A stretch of 20,000 nucleotides of DNA, taken from Emiliania huxleyi CCMP1516 (Eukaryota). The translations under genes and the position numbers were made by a program. The stretch covers positions 388,688 through 408,687 of the forward strand of contig NW_005201360.1 in NCBI RefSeq assembly GCF_000372725.1. Reading direction: 5' to 3'. Of this stretch, positions 19,738 to 20,000 are shown one piece after another. Numbering within the stretch: the stretch's first letter is position 1; each line of letters opens with the position of its first letter. The notes below the pieces were generated by a model. It made no database searches. It was given only the letters and a program-made list of their open reading frames with translations, and was not told where the DNA came from.

Positions 19738-19813
19738 TTAACTGCAGGACGCCCCCTCTACTCGGAGCTAGTGATACGGCAATACGTACCGCCCCCACGC
19801 AATACCTGTACAG

Positions 19814-19864
19814 GTAGTGCCGCGTAGTGCTGCGTAGTGCTGCGTAGTGCCGCGTACTGCTGCG
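19814..19864 (+). repeat. 10-bp tandem repeat GTAGTGCYGC x5
   Basis: Direct reading. Confidence 0.9.
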
Positions 19865-19928
19865 CGCGCGCTGGCAAATTCTTCCTTCGCGCTCTTCGAA
19901 CACAAGAGCGGCCAACGGCCTCTCCATC

Positions 19929-20000
19929 ATGGAGCAGCTCGGCGACGACAACCCGCCGCTCTCGCCGGCAACCGAGGCGTGGCTGGGTGCGCGTAGACTG
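19929..20000 (+). CDS. Possible start of a gene running out of the window (MEQLGDDNPPLSPATE...)
   Basis: ATG in CATCATGG context followed by GC3-rich codons. Too short to verify. Confidence 0.25.
   Translation, partial: MEQLGDDNPPLSPATEAWLGARRL

Overview
GC-rich eukaryotic genomic DNA with two N-gaps, GC-AG introns and intronic minisatellites. This pattern strongly resembles the haptophyte Emiliania/Gephyrocapsa huxleyi (inference). Three host genes can be modelled. (1) A 3-exon Brinker/CENP-B-like HTH protein at 2203-2802 (+). (2) An intronless ICMT/STE14-like membrane methyltransferase at 3655-4257 (-). (3) A 6-exon, ~639-aa p97/Cdc48-cofactor-like protein at 13198-15770 (+), with two SAP-like motifs, a UIM, a UFD1 domain interrupted by an NZF zinc finger, and a C-terminal UBX domain. 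Most of the rest is layered mobile DNA. The centrepiece is a 3.7-kb non-autonomous split-direct-repeat (Ngaro/PAT-type) retroelement at 9410-13143 (-). It encodes only a Gag-like CCCH-finger protein that appears to need splicing, and it is nested without a TSD inside the right TIR of a TA-flanked DNA transposon. Also present: a TTAA piggyBac-like MITE splitting a 96-bp minisatellite unit, retroposon 3' ends sharing a stem-loop but carrying two different tails, and several foldback or inverted-repeat elements. Most long ORFs in the track are GC-driven shadows.
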